From Cereibacter sphaeroides 2.4.1 (GTDB lineage Bacteria; Pseudomonadota; Alphaproteobacteria; Rhodobacterales; Rhodobacteraceae): a DNA stretch of 32,000 nucleotides. Positions within the stretch are counted from its first letter, which is position 1. Each line of letters opens with the position of its first letter. Below are positions 21,048-28,928 of the stretch, one piece after another. The notes beneath the pieces were generated by a model, which searched no databases, had not been told where the DNA came from, and was given only the letters and a program-made list of their open reading frames with translations. The position numbers and the translations under genes are program-made. Location: NCBI RefSeq assembly GCF_000012905.2, contig NC_007493.2, positions 2,550,001 to 2,582,000 of the forward strand, given 5' to 3'.

Positions 21048-21178
21048 GGCAGGCTCCTTCCGGGATCCAGCCTGTTTACGGTCGCACCGGCCGTCCGGCA
21101 ACCCGTTGCGCCACGAGACCGCCCTTGACCCCGCGGACATTCGGGGCTGAGACTTTCCGCAACCAGAGGAGTTGCGGA

Positions 21179-21493
21179 ATGTATCTCACGATGAACCGTT
21201 TTCGGGTGAAGACCGGGCAGGAAGCCGCCTTCGAGGCGGTCTGGAAGAACCGCGACAGCCAGCTGCCTCAGGTGCCGGGCTTCGTGGCCTTCCACCTGAT
21301 GCGCGGCCCCGACCGCGAGGGCTACCGGCTCTATGCCTCCCACACGGCCTGGGAGTCCGAAGAGGCCTTTATCGCCTGGACCAGGTCCGAGGCCTTCCGC
21401 ACCGCCCACCGCGGCGCCGGCGGCAACGCGGATCTCTATGCGGGCCCGCCCGAGCTCGAGGTCTTCTCCTCGATCCAGTCGATCTCCGCCTGA
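21179..21493 (+). CDS. antibiotic biosynthesis monooxygenase (ABM) domain protein
   Basis: Track ORF 21125..21493, trimmed to ATG 21179 ([43 protein letters not shown]...[22 protein letters not shown]...). This is a single ABM ferredoxin-like domain of 104 aa. AGAGGA lies upstream. Confidence 0.85.
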   Translation: MYLTMNRFRVKTGQEAAFEAVWKNRDSQLPQVPGFVAFHLMRGPDREGYRLYASHTAWESEEAFIAWTRSEAFRTAHRGAGGNADLYAGPPELEVFSSIQSISA

Positions 21494-21610
21494 TCCCCTG
21501 GCGCCAACGGCAGCGCGGATCTTTGGGCCCGACCGGCCGTGGTAAAGGTCTTTTTCTCGATCCAGTTTGTTCCGCCCGCTCCGGGCACCCGCGGAACGGA
21601 TCTGTTTGGA
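21422..21610 (+). repeat. degenerate tandem repeat (about 2.3 copies, period 84-87 bp) derived from the last ~72 nt of the ABM gene
   Basis: Copy 1 (21422-21508) is the gene tail: GGCAACGCGGATCT..GGGCCCG..AGGTCTTCTCCTCGATCCAGTCGATCTCCGCC. Copy 2 (21509-~21592) reads GGCAGCGCGGATCT..GGGCCCG..AGGTCTTTTTCTCGATCCAGTTTGTTCCGCCC. The partial copy 3 starts GGAACGGATCTGTTTGG at about 21593. Copy 2 is in the same frame as the gene and translates to GSADLWARPAVVKVFFSIQFVPP, versus [23 protein letters not shown] for the gene. Confidence 0.7.
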
Positions 21611-21684
21611 AAAATCCGGTCGCTGCAAGGACGGCCGCGCTCCGACCGACGCCCCTTGGGGCTCGCGCGTCCGCGCACCTTGTC

Positions 21685-21704
21685 GGGGGGGGGGGGGGGG
21701 GGGG
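21685..21704. repeat. G20 homopolymer (C20 on the minus strand)
   Basis: Counted directly: tgtc + 20 G + cggccgc. The provided ORF translation across it (LSGGGGGGAAAD) agrees. GCGGCCGC lies at 21704-21711. Confidence 0.95.
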
Positions 21705-21739
21705 CGGCCGCGGATCGCCGAAGCCCCCCGCGCCCAACG

Positions 21740-21770
21740 AAAAAGGGCGCGGACCCTGCGGTCCGCGCCC
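21740..21770 (-). terminator. Rho-independent terminator of rplY
   Basis: The minus strand reads GGGCGCGGAC-cgcagg-GTCCGCGCCC followed by TTTTT. This is a perfect 10-bp GC stem plus a U-tract, 24 nt after the rplY stop. Confidence 0.85.
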
Positions 21771-21793
21771 CCATTCCGTCCGATGACGCCGTC

Positions 21794-22405
21794 TCAGGCC
21801 TCTTCGGCTTCTTCCTCGTTGTCCGACGACCGCAGGCCCGACGGAGCCGAGATGTTCGCGATCACGAAGTTCCGGTTGATGGTCGGAACCGCGCCTTCCG
21901 GCAGCTTGATGTCGTTGATGTGGATGACATCGCCGATCTGACGGTCGGTCAGATCCACCGTCAGGTGATCCGGGATGTCGCCCGCGGTCACTTCCAGCTC
22001 CACCTCGGGGCGCACCACGGTCAGGGTGCCGCCACGCTTCAGGCCCGGGGCCTTGTCGTGGTTCTCGAAGGTGACGTGGATGAACAGGTTGACGCGGCTC
22101 GTGCGGCGCAGGCGCATGAAGTCGACATGCGTCGGCAGGTCCTTCACCACGTCGCGCTGGACGCCGCGGCAGATGACGCGCACGTCTTCCTGGCCTTCGA
22201 CCTTGAGGTTGAACAGCGTCTGCAGGAAGCGGCCTTTCTTCAGCCGGTTCAGCAGGTCGTTGTACGGAACGTTGATCGACAGCGGCTCCTGGCCACCGCC
22301 ATAGACGATACCGGGTACGTAGCCCTCACGACGAGCTTGACGAGCGGCCCCCTTGCCTGTCCCCGTCCGTACCTCGGCCTGAAAATCCGGGATTTCACCA
22401 GCCAT
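21794..22405 (-). CDS. rplY: 50S ribosomal protein L25 / general stress protein Ctc
   Basis: Track ORF 21794..22441, trimmed to ATG 22405 ([46 protein letters not shown]...) with GGAGAA upstream. It has the Ctc-type two-domain length (203 aa) and an acidic C-terminus. Confidence 0.95.
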   Translation of the reverse strand: MAGEIPDFQAEVRTGTGKGAARQARREGYVPGIVYGGGQEPLSINVPYNDLLNRLKKGRFLQTLFNLKVEGQEDVRVICRGVQRDVVKDLPTHVDFMRLRRTSRVNLFIHVTFENHDKAPGLKRGGTLTVVRPEVELEVTAGDIPDHLTVDLTDRQIGDVIHINDIKLPEGAVPTINRNFVIANISAPSGLRSSDNEEEAEEA

Positions 22406-22561
22406 TGAGGTTCTCCATATGTAAAACGCCCCATCCTCCAAGGGTGCATGGGGTCGCGAGGCGCCGCCATAGACGATCCCGCCTCGAAAGGAAAGGCCTG
22501 CGATGCGGAATGACCGGGGCGGGGGGCGAGAAAATCCCCCCGCGAGCGTTCGGTGCGGGCG

Positions 22562-22720
22562 GGGAAGCCGGGCGACACCCCTCCGGCTCCCGATCCTTCC
22601 CGCAGGGGGTTCGGCTCACGGGACACCGGGCGACGTCCATCCGGCTCCGATCCTTCCTGTAAGGGGCTCGGCGCGCGCGGGGAAACCGGCTAGGAGGATC
22701 CCATGCAGACGCTTCGCCCG
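22562..22720 (+). repeat. three degenerate tandem units (period about 58 bp); the third forms the SD and start of the MFS gene
   Basis: Unit cores: 22568-22615 is CCGGGCGACACCCCTCCGGCTCCCGATCCTTCCCGCAGGGGGTTCGGC, and 22626-22672 is CCGGGCGACGTCCATCCGGCTCC-GATCCTTCCTGTAAGGGGCTCGGC (about 83% identical). Unit heads are GGGGAAGCCGG (22561), GGGACACCGG (22620) and GGGGAAACCGG (22679). Unit 3 retains CCGGCT..GATCC..GCAG-N4-TTCG but carries AGGAG and ATG. Confidence 0.65.
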
Positions 22721-23860
22721 ACCCGAGTCGGCGGCCCCTTGCGGGTCGCCCGTCCCGCCCTCGCCGCCTTCGGCGCCATGGGCATCTGCTGGGGCGCCTT
22801 CGCCGCGGCGCTGCCCGACACCAAGGCGCTGCTCGGGGTGGACGAAGCGCGGCTCGGGCTCATGATGCTCTTCGCCCCCGTGGCCGCCATGGCCGCGATG
22901 CTGGCCGCCGCCCGGCTGGGCAGTGCGCTCGGGCGCCGGGCGCTGCCGCTCATGGTGCTGGCCATGGGGGCTGCCTTCGCGCTGCCGGGCCAGTCGCCCG
23001 CGCTCTGGGCCTTCGCCGCGGCGATGATCCTCTGCGGCGCGGCCACCGGGGCGCTCGACGTGCTGATGAACGCCCGCGTCACCGCGCTCGAGGCCGAGCG
23101 CGGGCTGCCGCTGATGAACCTCTGCCACGCGGTCTATTCGCTGGCCTATGCGGCGGCGGCCATCGGCACCGGCCTCGCCCGCGGCGCGGGTCTGGGCCCC
23201 GGCGCGATCCTCGGCGGCGCGGCCGTGGCGGCGATGCTCGCGTCCCTGATGGCGTTCGAGCGCGACGGGACGATCCACGGCCTCGCGCGGCCTCCGCGCG
23301 GCAGCGCGGCCCTCGGCGCGGCACCCTTCATCGGCGGCGCGATGGTGATGATCGCCTTTCTCTCCGAGAATGCGGCCGAGGCCTGGTCCGCGCTCCATAT
23401 CGAGCGCACACTCGGCGGCTCGGCGACCGAGGGCAGCCTCGGGCCCGCGCTTCTGGCCATCACCATGGGGCTCGCGCGGCTGGCAGGCCAGGGCCTCCTC
23501 GCCCGCGTGGCGCCCGCGACGCTCCTCTCGGCCGGGGCGCTGGTGGCGGGGCTGGGCGCGCTGGTCGCCGCCTTCGCCCTCAGCCCCGCCATGGCCTATG
23601 CGGGCTTCGTCATCATGGGCCTCGGCGCCTCGGTGATCGCGCCCACCGCCTTCTCGATGGTGGGACAGGCCGCCCGCCCCGAGGCGCGGGCGCGCGCGGT
23701 GGCCCGCGCCACCTTCCTCGGCTACCTCGGCTATTTCTTCGGCCCGCCGACGCTGGGCTTTCTCGCCGCGGCCTTCGGCCTGCGCGCGGCCTTCGCCTTC
23801 GCGGCTCTGGCGCTCCTGTCGGTGCTCGTCCTCGCCCCGCTGATGGCGCGCCGCGGCTGA
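22703..23860 (+). CDS. MFS transporter
   Basis: 385-aa ORF with TAGGAGGA upstream. It is highly hydrophobic with about 12 TM segments and an Ala/Leu/Gly-rich composition typical of MFS permeases. The substrate is unknown. Confidence 0.8.
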   Translation: MQTLRPTRVGGPLRVARPALAAFGAMGICWGAFAAALPDTKALLGVDEARLGLMMLFAPVAAMAAMLAAARLGSALGRRALPLMVLAMGAAFALPGQSPALWAFAAAMILCGAATGALDVLMNARVTALEAERGLPLMNLCHAVYSLAYAAAAIGTGLARGAGLGPGAILGGAAVAAMLASLMAFERDGTIHGLARPPRGSAALGAAPFIGGAMVMIAFLSENAAEAWSALHIERTLGGSATEGSLGPALLAITMGLARLAGQGLLARVAPATLLSAGALVAGLGALVAAFALSPAMAYAGFVIMGLGASVIAPTAFSMVGQAARPEARARAVARATFLGYLGYFFGPPTLGFLAAAFGLRAAFAFAALALLSVLVLAPLMARRG

Positions 23861-23864
23861 AGGC

Positions 23865-25055
23865 TCAGGCCCAGCGGCCCTCGAAATCATCGGGCACCAG
23901 CAGGTTGTGAGGCCCCAGCGCCTTCACGTCCTTCTCGCCGCAGAGCGCCATCGAGATGTCGAGCTCCTTCCAGATCACCTCGAGCGCGCGCCGCACGCCC
24001 GCCTCTCCCATCGCGCCCAGCCCGTAGATGTAGGAGCGGCCGATGAAGGTGCCCTTCGCGCCCATCGCCAGCGCCTTCAGCACATCCTGCCCCGAGCGGA
24101 TGCCGCCATCCATGTGGATCTCGACCTGATCGCCCACCGCCCGCACGATCGGCGGCAGCATGCGGATCGAGGAGAGCGCCCCGTCGAGCTGGCGCCCGCC
24201 GTGGTTCGAGACGATGATCGCATCCGCGCCGAAGTCGGCCGCGCGGCGCGCATCCTCCTCGTCGAGGATGCCCTTCAGGATCAGCTTGCCGCCCCACTTG
24301 TCGCGCAGCCGGGCGATCTTGCCCCAGTCGAGCTGCGGGTCGAACTGTTCGGCAGTCCAGCTCGCAAGGCTCGAGGTGTCGCCCACGCCCTTGGCATGGC
24401 CCACGATGTTGCCGAAGCTGCGGCGGTGGGTCTTCAGCATCTCGAGCCCCCAGCCCCATTTGGTGGCGAGGTCGAGCATCACCGGCAGCGTCATCTTCGG
24501 CGGCGCCGAGAGGCCGTTCCGCAGATCCTTGTGGCGCTGGCCGAGGATCTGCAGGTCGAGCGTCAGCACCAGCGCCGAGCAGCCCGCCTTCTTCACCCGC
24601 TCGAGCATGCCATCGACGAATTCCTCGTCCTTCATCACATAGAGCTGGAACCAGAAGGGCTTGGTCGTGGCCGCGGCCACGTCCTCGACCGAGCAGATCG
24701 ACATGGTGGAGAGCGTGTAGGGCACGCCGAAGGCCTCGGCCGCGCGCGCCGCCTTGATCTCGCCATCGGCGCACTGCATCCCGGTCATGCCCACCGGCGC
24801 GAGCGCCACCGGCATGGCCACCGGCTCGCCGATCATCTCCGAGCGGGTCGAGCGGCCGAGCATGTCCACCGCGACCTTCTGCCGGAGGCGGATCTTCTGG
24901 AAATCCGAGCAATTGTCGCGGAAGGTCTGCTCGGTGTAGCTGCCCGACTCGCAATAGTCGAAGAACATGCGGGGCGCCCGACGGCGGTGCATCCGCTTCA
25001 GGTCCTCGATGCAGGTGATGACGGGCATGGCGGTCTCCGGGCTGGAACTGGTCAT
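23865..25055 (-). CDS. FMN-dependent alpha-hydroxy acid dehydrogenase/oxidase (LldD-like L-lactate dehydrogenase family)
   Basis: 396-aa ORF. ...FDYCESGSYTEQT..., ...MPVALAPVGM..., ...PFWFQLYV..., ...IIVSNHGGRQLDG... and ...DGGIRSGQDV... match the glycolate oxidase/LldD family. Both the 25055 (AAGGA upstream) and 25028 (MPVITCIEDL..., GGAG upstream) starts are plausible. Confidence 0.92.
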   Translation of the reverse strand: MTSSSPETAMPVITCIEDLKRMHRRRAPRMFFDYCESGSYTEQTFRDNCSDFQKIRLRQKVAVDMLGRSTRSEMIGEPVAMPVALAPVGMTGMQCADGEIKAARAAEAFGVPYTLSTMSICSVEDVAAATTKPFWFQLYVMKDEEFVDGMLERVKKAGCSALVLTLDLQILGQRHKDLRNGLSAPPKMTLPVMLDLATKWGWGLEMLKTHRRSFGNIVGHAKGVGDTSSLASWTAEQFDPQLDWGKIARLRDKWGGKLILKGILDEEDARRAADFGADAIIVSNHGGRQLDGALSSIRMLPPIVRAVGDQVEIHMDGGIRSGQDVLKALAMGAKGTFIGRSYIYGLGAMGEAGVRRALEVIWKELDISMALCGEKDVKALGPHNLLVPDDFEGRWA

Positions 25056-25327
25056 GTTTCCTTACCGGTCAAGCGAGGCCAGATCAACGCAGGAGTGGGG
25101 TCAAGGGCGGCTTTCCCGGATCGGCGGCACGGCCGGAGGCCGCAGGGCAGGAGGCAGGGCCTGACCCGCAGTCCCCGAGCGGCCTCCGCAGGATCGACGG
25201 CAAAAGAGGGCACAGACGGCTCTCTTTTCGGGTCTCGGGGCCGCCCCGTGCGGCCCGCGCGCCGCCACGGGGCGCAGGAGGCCGGGACGGACAGAGCGCC
25301 GCCCTCGCCGGCCGGTCCGTGGCAACG

Positions 25328-25360
25328 CCGCCTGCGGGGGTTCGATGCCCCCGCGGGCGG
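25328..25360 (-). terminator. long GC hairpin after the HPP-CBS gene stop (probable terminator, no U-tract)
   Basis: CCGCCTGCGGGGG-ttcgatg-CCCCCGCGGGCGG, a 13-bp stem with one mismatch, 15 nt downstream (minus strand) of the stop at 25375-25377. Confidence 0.45.
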
Positions 25361-25374
25361 CACCCCCCGGCCGG

Positions 25375-26475
25375 TCAGTCCCGGCTTCCGAGCCGGGTCG
25401 CCAGTGCCGCCACGAGGTCGGTGCGGGTGACGATCCCGACCAGACGGTCGTCCTCGACCACCGGGATCGCATCCATCCGCCCCTCGCCGAGGATCGGCAG
25501 CAGCGCGCCCGCGCTTGTGTCGGGCGCCACGCGGGGCACCTCGCGCTCCATCACATCGGCCGCCTCGGCCCCGGGCGGGGCGCCGATCAAATGGATCTGG
25601 AAGATCAGCCCCACCATCCGCGCGCCCTCCGTCACCGGCACCGAGGTGAAGCGGTGCTGGCGGAAGATCTGCGCCACCTCGGCCACGGGCGTGTCGGGGG
25701 TGACGGTCACCAGATCCCGCGCCATCAGATCCGCGCAGCGGATGGCGCCCAGCCTGTGGCTCGCCGCCTGCTGCTCGGCCGCGGCGATCAGGCGCGAGAG
25801 ATCCTCGGGCCCGAGGTTCGCCTGCTGCCGGTTCGCCCGCAGGATGGCCTCCAGTTCCTCGGCGCCGAGCCCGAGCCGTTGCGGCGCGGGACGGTCGCGG
25901 GTGCCGAAGCGGTTCGGCCCGTGCGGCTGTCGCATCGGATAGACCCGCCCCGTCAGCCGCGCATAGAGGAAGGCCAGCAGCACCAGCGCTGCGGTCCCGA
26001 GCCCCACCGGGGCCAGCGCGAAATGATAGCCGAGCTCGCGCGTGGCATCGGGATTGAGCGCCGCCGTCATCGCCACCGCCGCGCCGGGCGGGTGGAGCGC
26101 GCGCAGCCCCATCATCGCGAGGATCGCCGCCCCCACCGCCAGCGCGAGGCCCAAGACCGGCCCGGGCACCAGATGCAGCACCGCCACCGCCGCGAGCGCC
26201 GAGGCCACATTGCCCACCAGCACCGACCAGGGCTGCGCGAGCGGGCTGTTCGGCATCGCGAAGAGCAGCACCGCCGAGGCGGCGAGCGGACCCACCAGAT
26301 AGAAGCCGTGCGCAAGATCGATGTGGGGCGGCAGCACGAAGGCCGCGAGCAGGCCCAGCGCCAGCGCCACCCCGACCGAGGCCCGGAGCGCCTCGCGCGG
26401 CGGGATGGCCGGAATCGCCGGCCCGAGCGCCCTTGCCAGCCGCGCCAGCCGGCCGTCGTCCGCGTCGCCCGTCAC
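25375..26475 (-). CDS. HPP family membrane protein fused to a CBS-domain pair
   Basis: This is the C-terminal 366 codons of track ORF 25375..27552. A GTG start at 26475 is preceded by GGGAGAGG. The eponymous HPP motif is present (LRALHPPGAAVAM) within 4-5 TM helices. Two CBS-like units follow (...DLMARDLVTVTPDTPVAEVAQIFRQHRFTSVPV... and ...DVMEREVPRVAPDTSAGALLPILGEGRMDAIPVVEDDRLVGIVTRTDL...). Confidence 0.82.
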   Translation of the reverse strand: MTGDADDGRLARLARALGPAIPAIPPREALRASVGVALALGLLAAFVLPPHIDLAHGFYLVGPLAASAVLLFAMPNSPLAQPWSVLVGNVASALAAVAVLHLVPGPVLGLALAVGAAILAMMGLRALHPPGAAVAMTAALNPDATRELGYHFALAPVGLGTAALVLLAFLYARLTGRVYPMRQPHGPNRFGTRDRPAPQRLGLGAEELEAILRANRQQANLGPEDLSRLIAAAEQQAASHRLGAIRCADLMARDLVTVTPDTPVAEVAQIFRQHRFTSVPVTEGARMVGLIFQIHLIGAPPGAEAADVMEREVPRVAPDTSAGALLPILGEGRMDAIPVVEDDRLVGIVTRTDLVAALATRLGSRD

Positions 26476-26519
26476 ATGCCTCTCCCGTCCCGCATGGCCC
26501 CGCCCGGAGCCCGGCCGCC

Positions 26520-27311
26520 TCAGGCCGCGTGAGCGCCGGCCGCGAGCGCCGCCACCCGGTCCAGCACCTCGGCCACCGGCCGGCCCTCGCCCACGAGCTT
26601 CACGATCGCCGAGCCCACCACGCAGCCGTCGGCGATACCCGCGAGGTCCTGCGCGGCCTCGGGGGTGGTGATGCCGAAGCCCACGATGACCGGCAGATCC
26701 GTCGCGGCCTTGATGCGCGCCACTTCGGGCGCCACATCGGCCGCCTGCGCGGCCGCCGCGCCGGTGATGCCGGTGATCGAGACGTAATAGACGAAGCCCG
26801 AGGTGTTCTGCAGCACCTTGGGCAGGCGGCGGCTGTCGGTGGTGGGGGTCGCGAGCCGGATGAAGTTCAGCCCCGCCGCCTGTGCGGGCAGGCAGAGCTC
26901 GGCATCCTCCTCGGGCGGCAGGTCCACCACGATCAGCCCATCGATCCCGGCCTCCGTCGCCTCGGCGAGGAAGGTCTCGACGCCGCGCGCATAGATCGGA
27001 TTGTAGTAACCCATCATCACGATGGGCGTCTCGGCATTCTCCGCCCGGAAGGCGCGCACCATCTCGAGCGTCCGGGTCAGCGTCTGGCCGCCCTCGAGGG
27101 CGCGCTGGCCGGCCGTCTGGATCGTCGGGCCGTCGGCCATCGGATCGGTGAAGGGCATGCCCAGCTCGATGATGTCCACGCCCGCCTCCGGCAGGCCCCG
27201 CATCACCGCAAGCGACGTCTCGAGATCGGGATCGCCCGCCATGATATAGGCCACGAAGGCCTTCTTCCCCTCGGCCCGAAGCCGCCGGAAGGTGTCGTCG
27301 ATCCGCGTCAT
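26520..27311 (-). CDS. trpA: tryptophan synthase alpha chain
   Basis: 263-aa [68 protein letters not shown]... with ...[13 protein letters not shown]... and ...VGFGI... motifs. No trpB is adjacent. Confidence 0.96.
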
Positions 27312-27803
27312 TGCCCTGCCCTCTTCCGTGTCGGTTGCCGGTTTGCGTCAGCGGCGCGGGAAAATCAATGGGCGGAAGGCCCCGCGCGCCGCTCCGCCGC
27401 GAGGCCGGGGCCGCGGAAGGCAGGCCCGTCCCGCAGCGATCCGCAGGTCCGGCCCGCGGCCGGGTCGCGGTCCCGGGGGGCGCGGGGCGCTGCCGCAAGC
27501 GCATCCGGCGCTGGACCCTGCCACCGCCATCGGCTTCCCCCGCTCGCGGCAATCCGGTCGGGGCAGTTGCCGGCTGTCAACTCGGCTGTTCCTGGATGCC
27601 AAAGGATGACGGATGCCCGTGGGGGGCGGAGGCCTGTCGCAGACCGCGCGCCGGTGCCGTGAGTGCGGCCAGTGACGGGCTCCGCTCGGCGAACGAGCGT
27701 GCCGCGAGGCGTTGCGGGCGCCTTCGAGGCGGACTGTTCGGCGCCCGGCTTGCCTTGGCAGGGCGGCTTCCCTATGAAGCGGCAAACCTACAAGGAGTGG
27801 ATC

Positions 27804-28901
27804 ATGGGCTTCCGCATGGGGATCGTCGGCCTGCCGAACGTGGGCAAATCCACGCTCTTCAACGCCCTCACCCGCACCGCCGCCGCGCAGGCGGCGAACT
27901 TTCCCTTCTGCACCATCGAGCCCAACGTGGGCGAGGTGGCCGTGCCCGACGCGCGGCTCGAGATCCTCGCCGAGATCGCGGGCTCCAAGCAGATCATCCC
28001 GACCCGCATGACCTTCGTCGATATCGCGGGCCTCGTGCGCGGCGCCTCGAAGGGCGAAGGGCTCGGCAACCAGTTCCTCGCCAACATCCGCGAGTGCGAC
28101 GCCATCGCCCATGTGCTGCGCTGCTTCGAGGATGGCGACATCACCCATGTCGAGGGCCGGATCGATCCCGTGGCCGATGCCGAGACCATCGAGACCGAGC
28201 TCATGCTCGCCGACATGGACTCGATCGAGCGGCGGCTGGCCAACCTCGCGCGGAAGCTGAAGGGCGGCGACAAGGAGGCGGCGGATCAGGACCGGCTCCT
28301 GCGCGTGGCCATGGCCGCGCTCGAAGCGGGTCGGCCCGCGCGCAGCGTGACCGTCTCGGCCGACGACCAGCGCGCCTGGCGGATGCTGCAGCTTCTGACC
28401 TCGAAACCCGTCCTCTATGTCTGCAACGTCGAGGAAGCCTCGGCCGCCAAGGGCAACTCGCAGTCGGCCCGCGTGGCCGAGATGGCGCGCGCGCAGGGCG
28501 CGGCGACGGTGGTGATCTCGGCGCGGATCGAGGAGGAGATCGCCCAGCTTCCCCCCGAGGAGGCCGGCATGTTCCTCGAGGAGATGGGGCTCGAGGAAGC
28601 GGGCCTCGACCGGCTGATCCGGGCGGGTTACGAGCTTCTGGGGCTCCAGACCTACTTCACCGTGGGGCCGAAGGAAGCGCGCGCCTGGACCATCACCAGG
28701 GGGATGCTCGCGCCGCAGGCGGCCGGCGTGATCCACGGCGATTTCGAGAAGGGCTTCATCCGCGCCGAAACGGTGGCCTATGCGGATTATGTCGCGGGCC
28801 GCGGCGAGGCGGGCGCCAAGGAGGCGGGCAAGTTCCGCGTCGAGGGCAAGACCTACGAGGTGCAGGACGGCGACGTGCTGCATTTCCTCTTCAACGCCTG
28901 A
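27804..28901 (+). CDS. ychF: redox-regulated ATPase YchF (Obg-family GTPase-like)
   Basis: Track ORF 27663..28901, trimmed to ATG 27804 ([23 protein letters not shown]...) with AAGGAG 7 nt upstream. G1 motif GLPNVGKS and G3 motif DIAGLV are present. The C-terminal TGS-like ...[34 protein letters not shown]... is present. Confidence 0.96.
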   Translation: MGFRMGIVGLPNVGKSTLFNALTRTAAAQAANFPFCTIEPNVGEVAVPDARLEILAEIAGSKQIIPTRMTFVDIAGLVRGASKGEGLGNQFLANIRECDAIAHVLRCFEDGDITHVEGRIDPVADAETIETELMLADMDSIERRLANLARKLKGGDKEAADQDRLLRVAMAALEAGRPARSVTVSADDQRAWRMLQLLTSKPVLYVCNVEEASAAKGNSQSARVAEMARAQGAATVVISARIEEEIAQLPPEEAGMFLEEMGLEEAGLDRLIRAGYELLGLQTYFTVGPKEARAWTITRGMLAPQAAGVIHGDFEKGFIRAETVAYADYVAGRGEAGAKEAGKFRVEGKTYEVQDGDVLHFLFNA

Positions 28902-28909
28902 CGGCTTCC

Positions 28910-28928
28910 GGGCGGGGTCTCCCCGCCC
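28910..28928 (+). terminator. hairpin right after the ychF stop (possible terminator, no U-tract)
   Basis: GGGCGGGG-tct-CCCCGCCC, an 8-bp stem beginning 9 nt after the TGA at 28899-28901. Confidence 0.4.

Noticed and set aside
22470-22580. Shared words with the reverse complement of 27700-27790 (CCGCCTCGAA(A)GG, AAGCCGGGCG, GGGAAGCCG), as possible inversion end-points
   Set aside because: The shared words are short, pure or mostly G/C, and not collinear between the two regions. This is compatible with chance in GC-rich DNA.
25328-25360. tRNA-like T-arm (GGGGG-TTCGATG-CCCCC), possibly a tRNA gene or a tRNA-3'-end att site
   Set aside because: Upstream sequence cannot form anticodon or D arms. 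No complementary acceptor 5' strand occurs at the right distance, and there is no CCA. The arms extend to a simple 13-bp hairpin consistent with a terminator, and no integrase is nearby.
26476-27552. Upstream extension of the HPP-CBS ORF to 725 aa
   Set aside because: The extension overlaps trpA in another frame on the same strand and is Arg/Gly-rich. A GTG with a good SD sits at 26475, just before the first TM helix.
27756-27771. Sigma-54 type promoter (TGGCAGG-N4-CTTCC) upstream of ychF
   Set aside because: The essential GC of the -12 element is missing at the correct spacing (TC instead).
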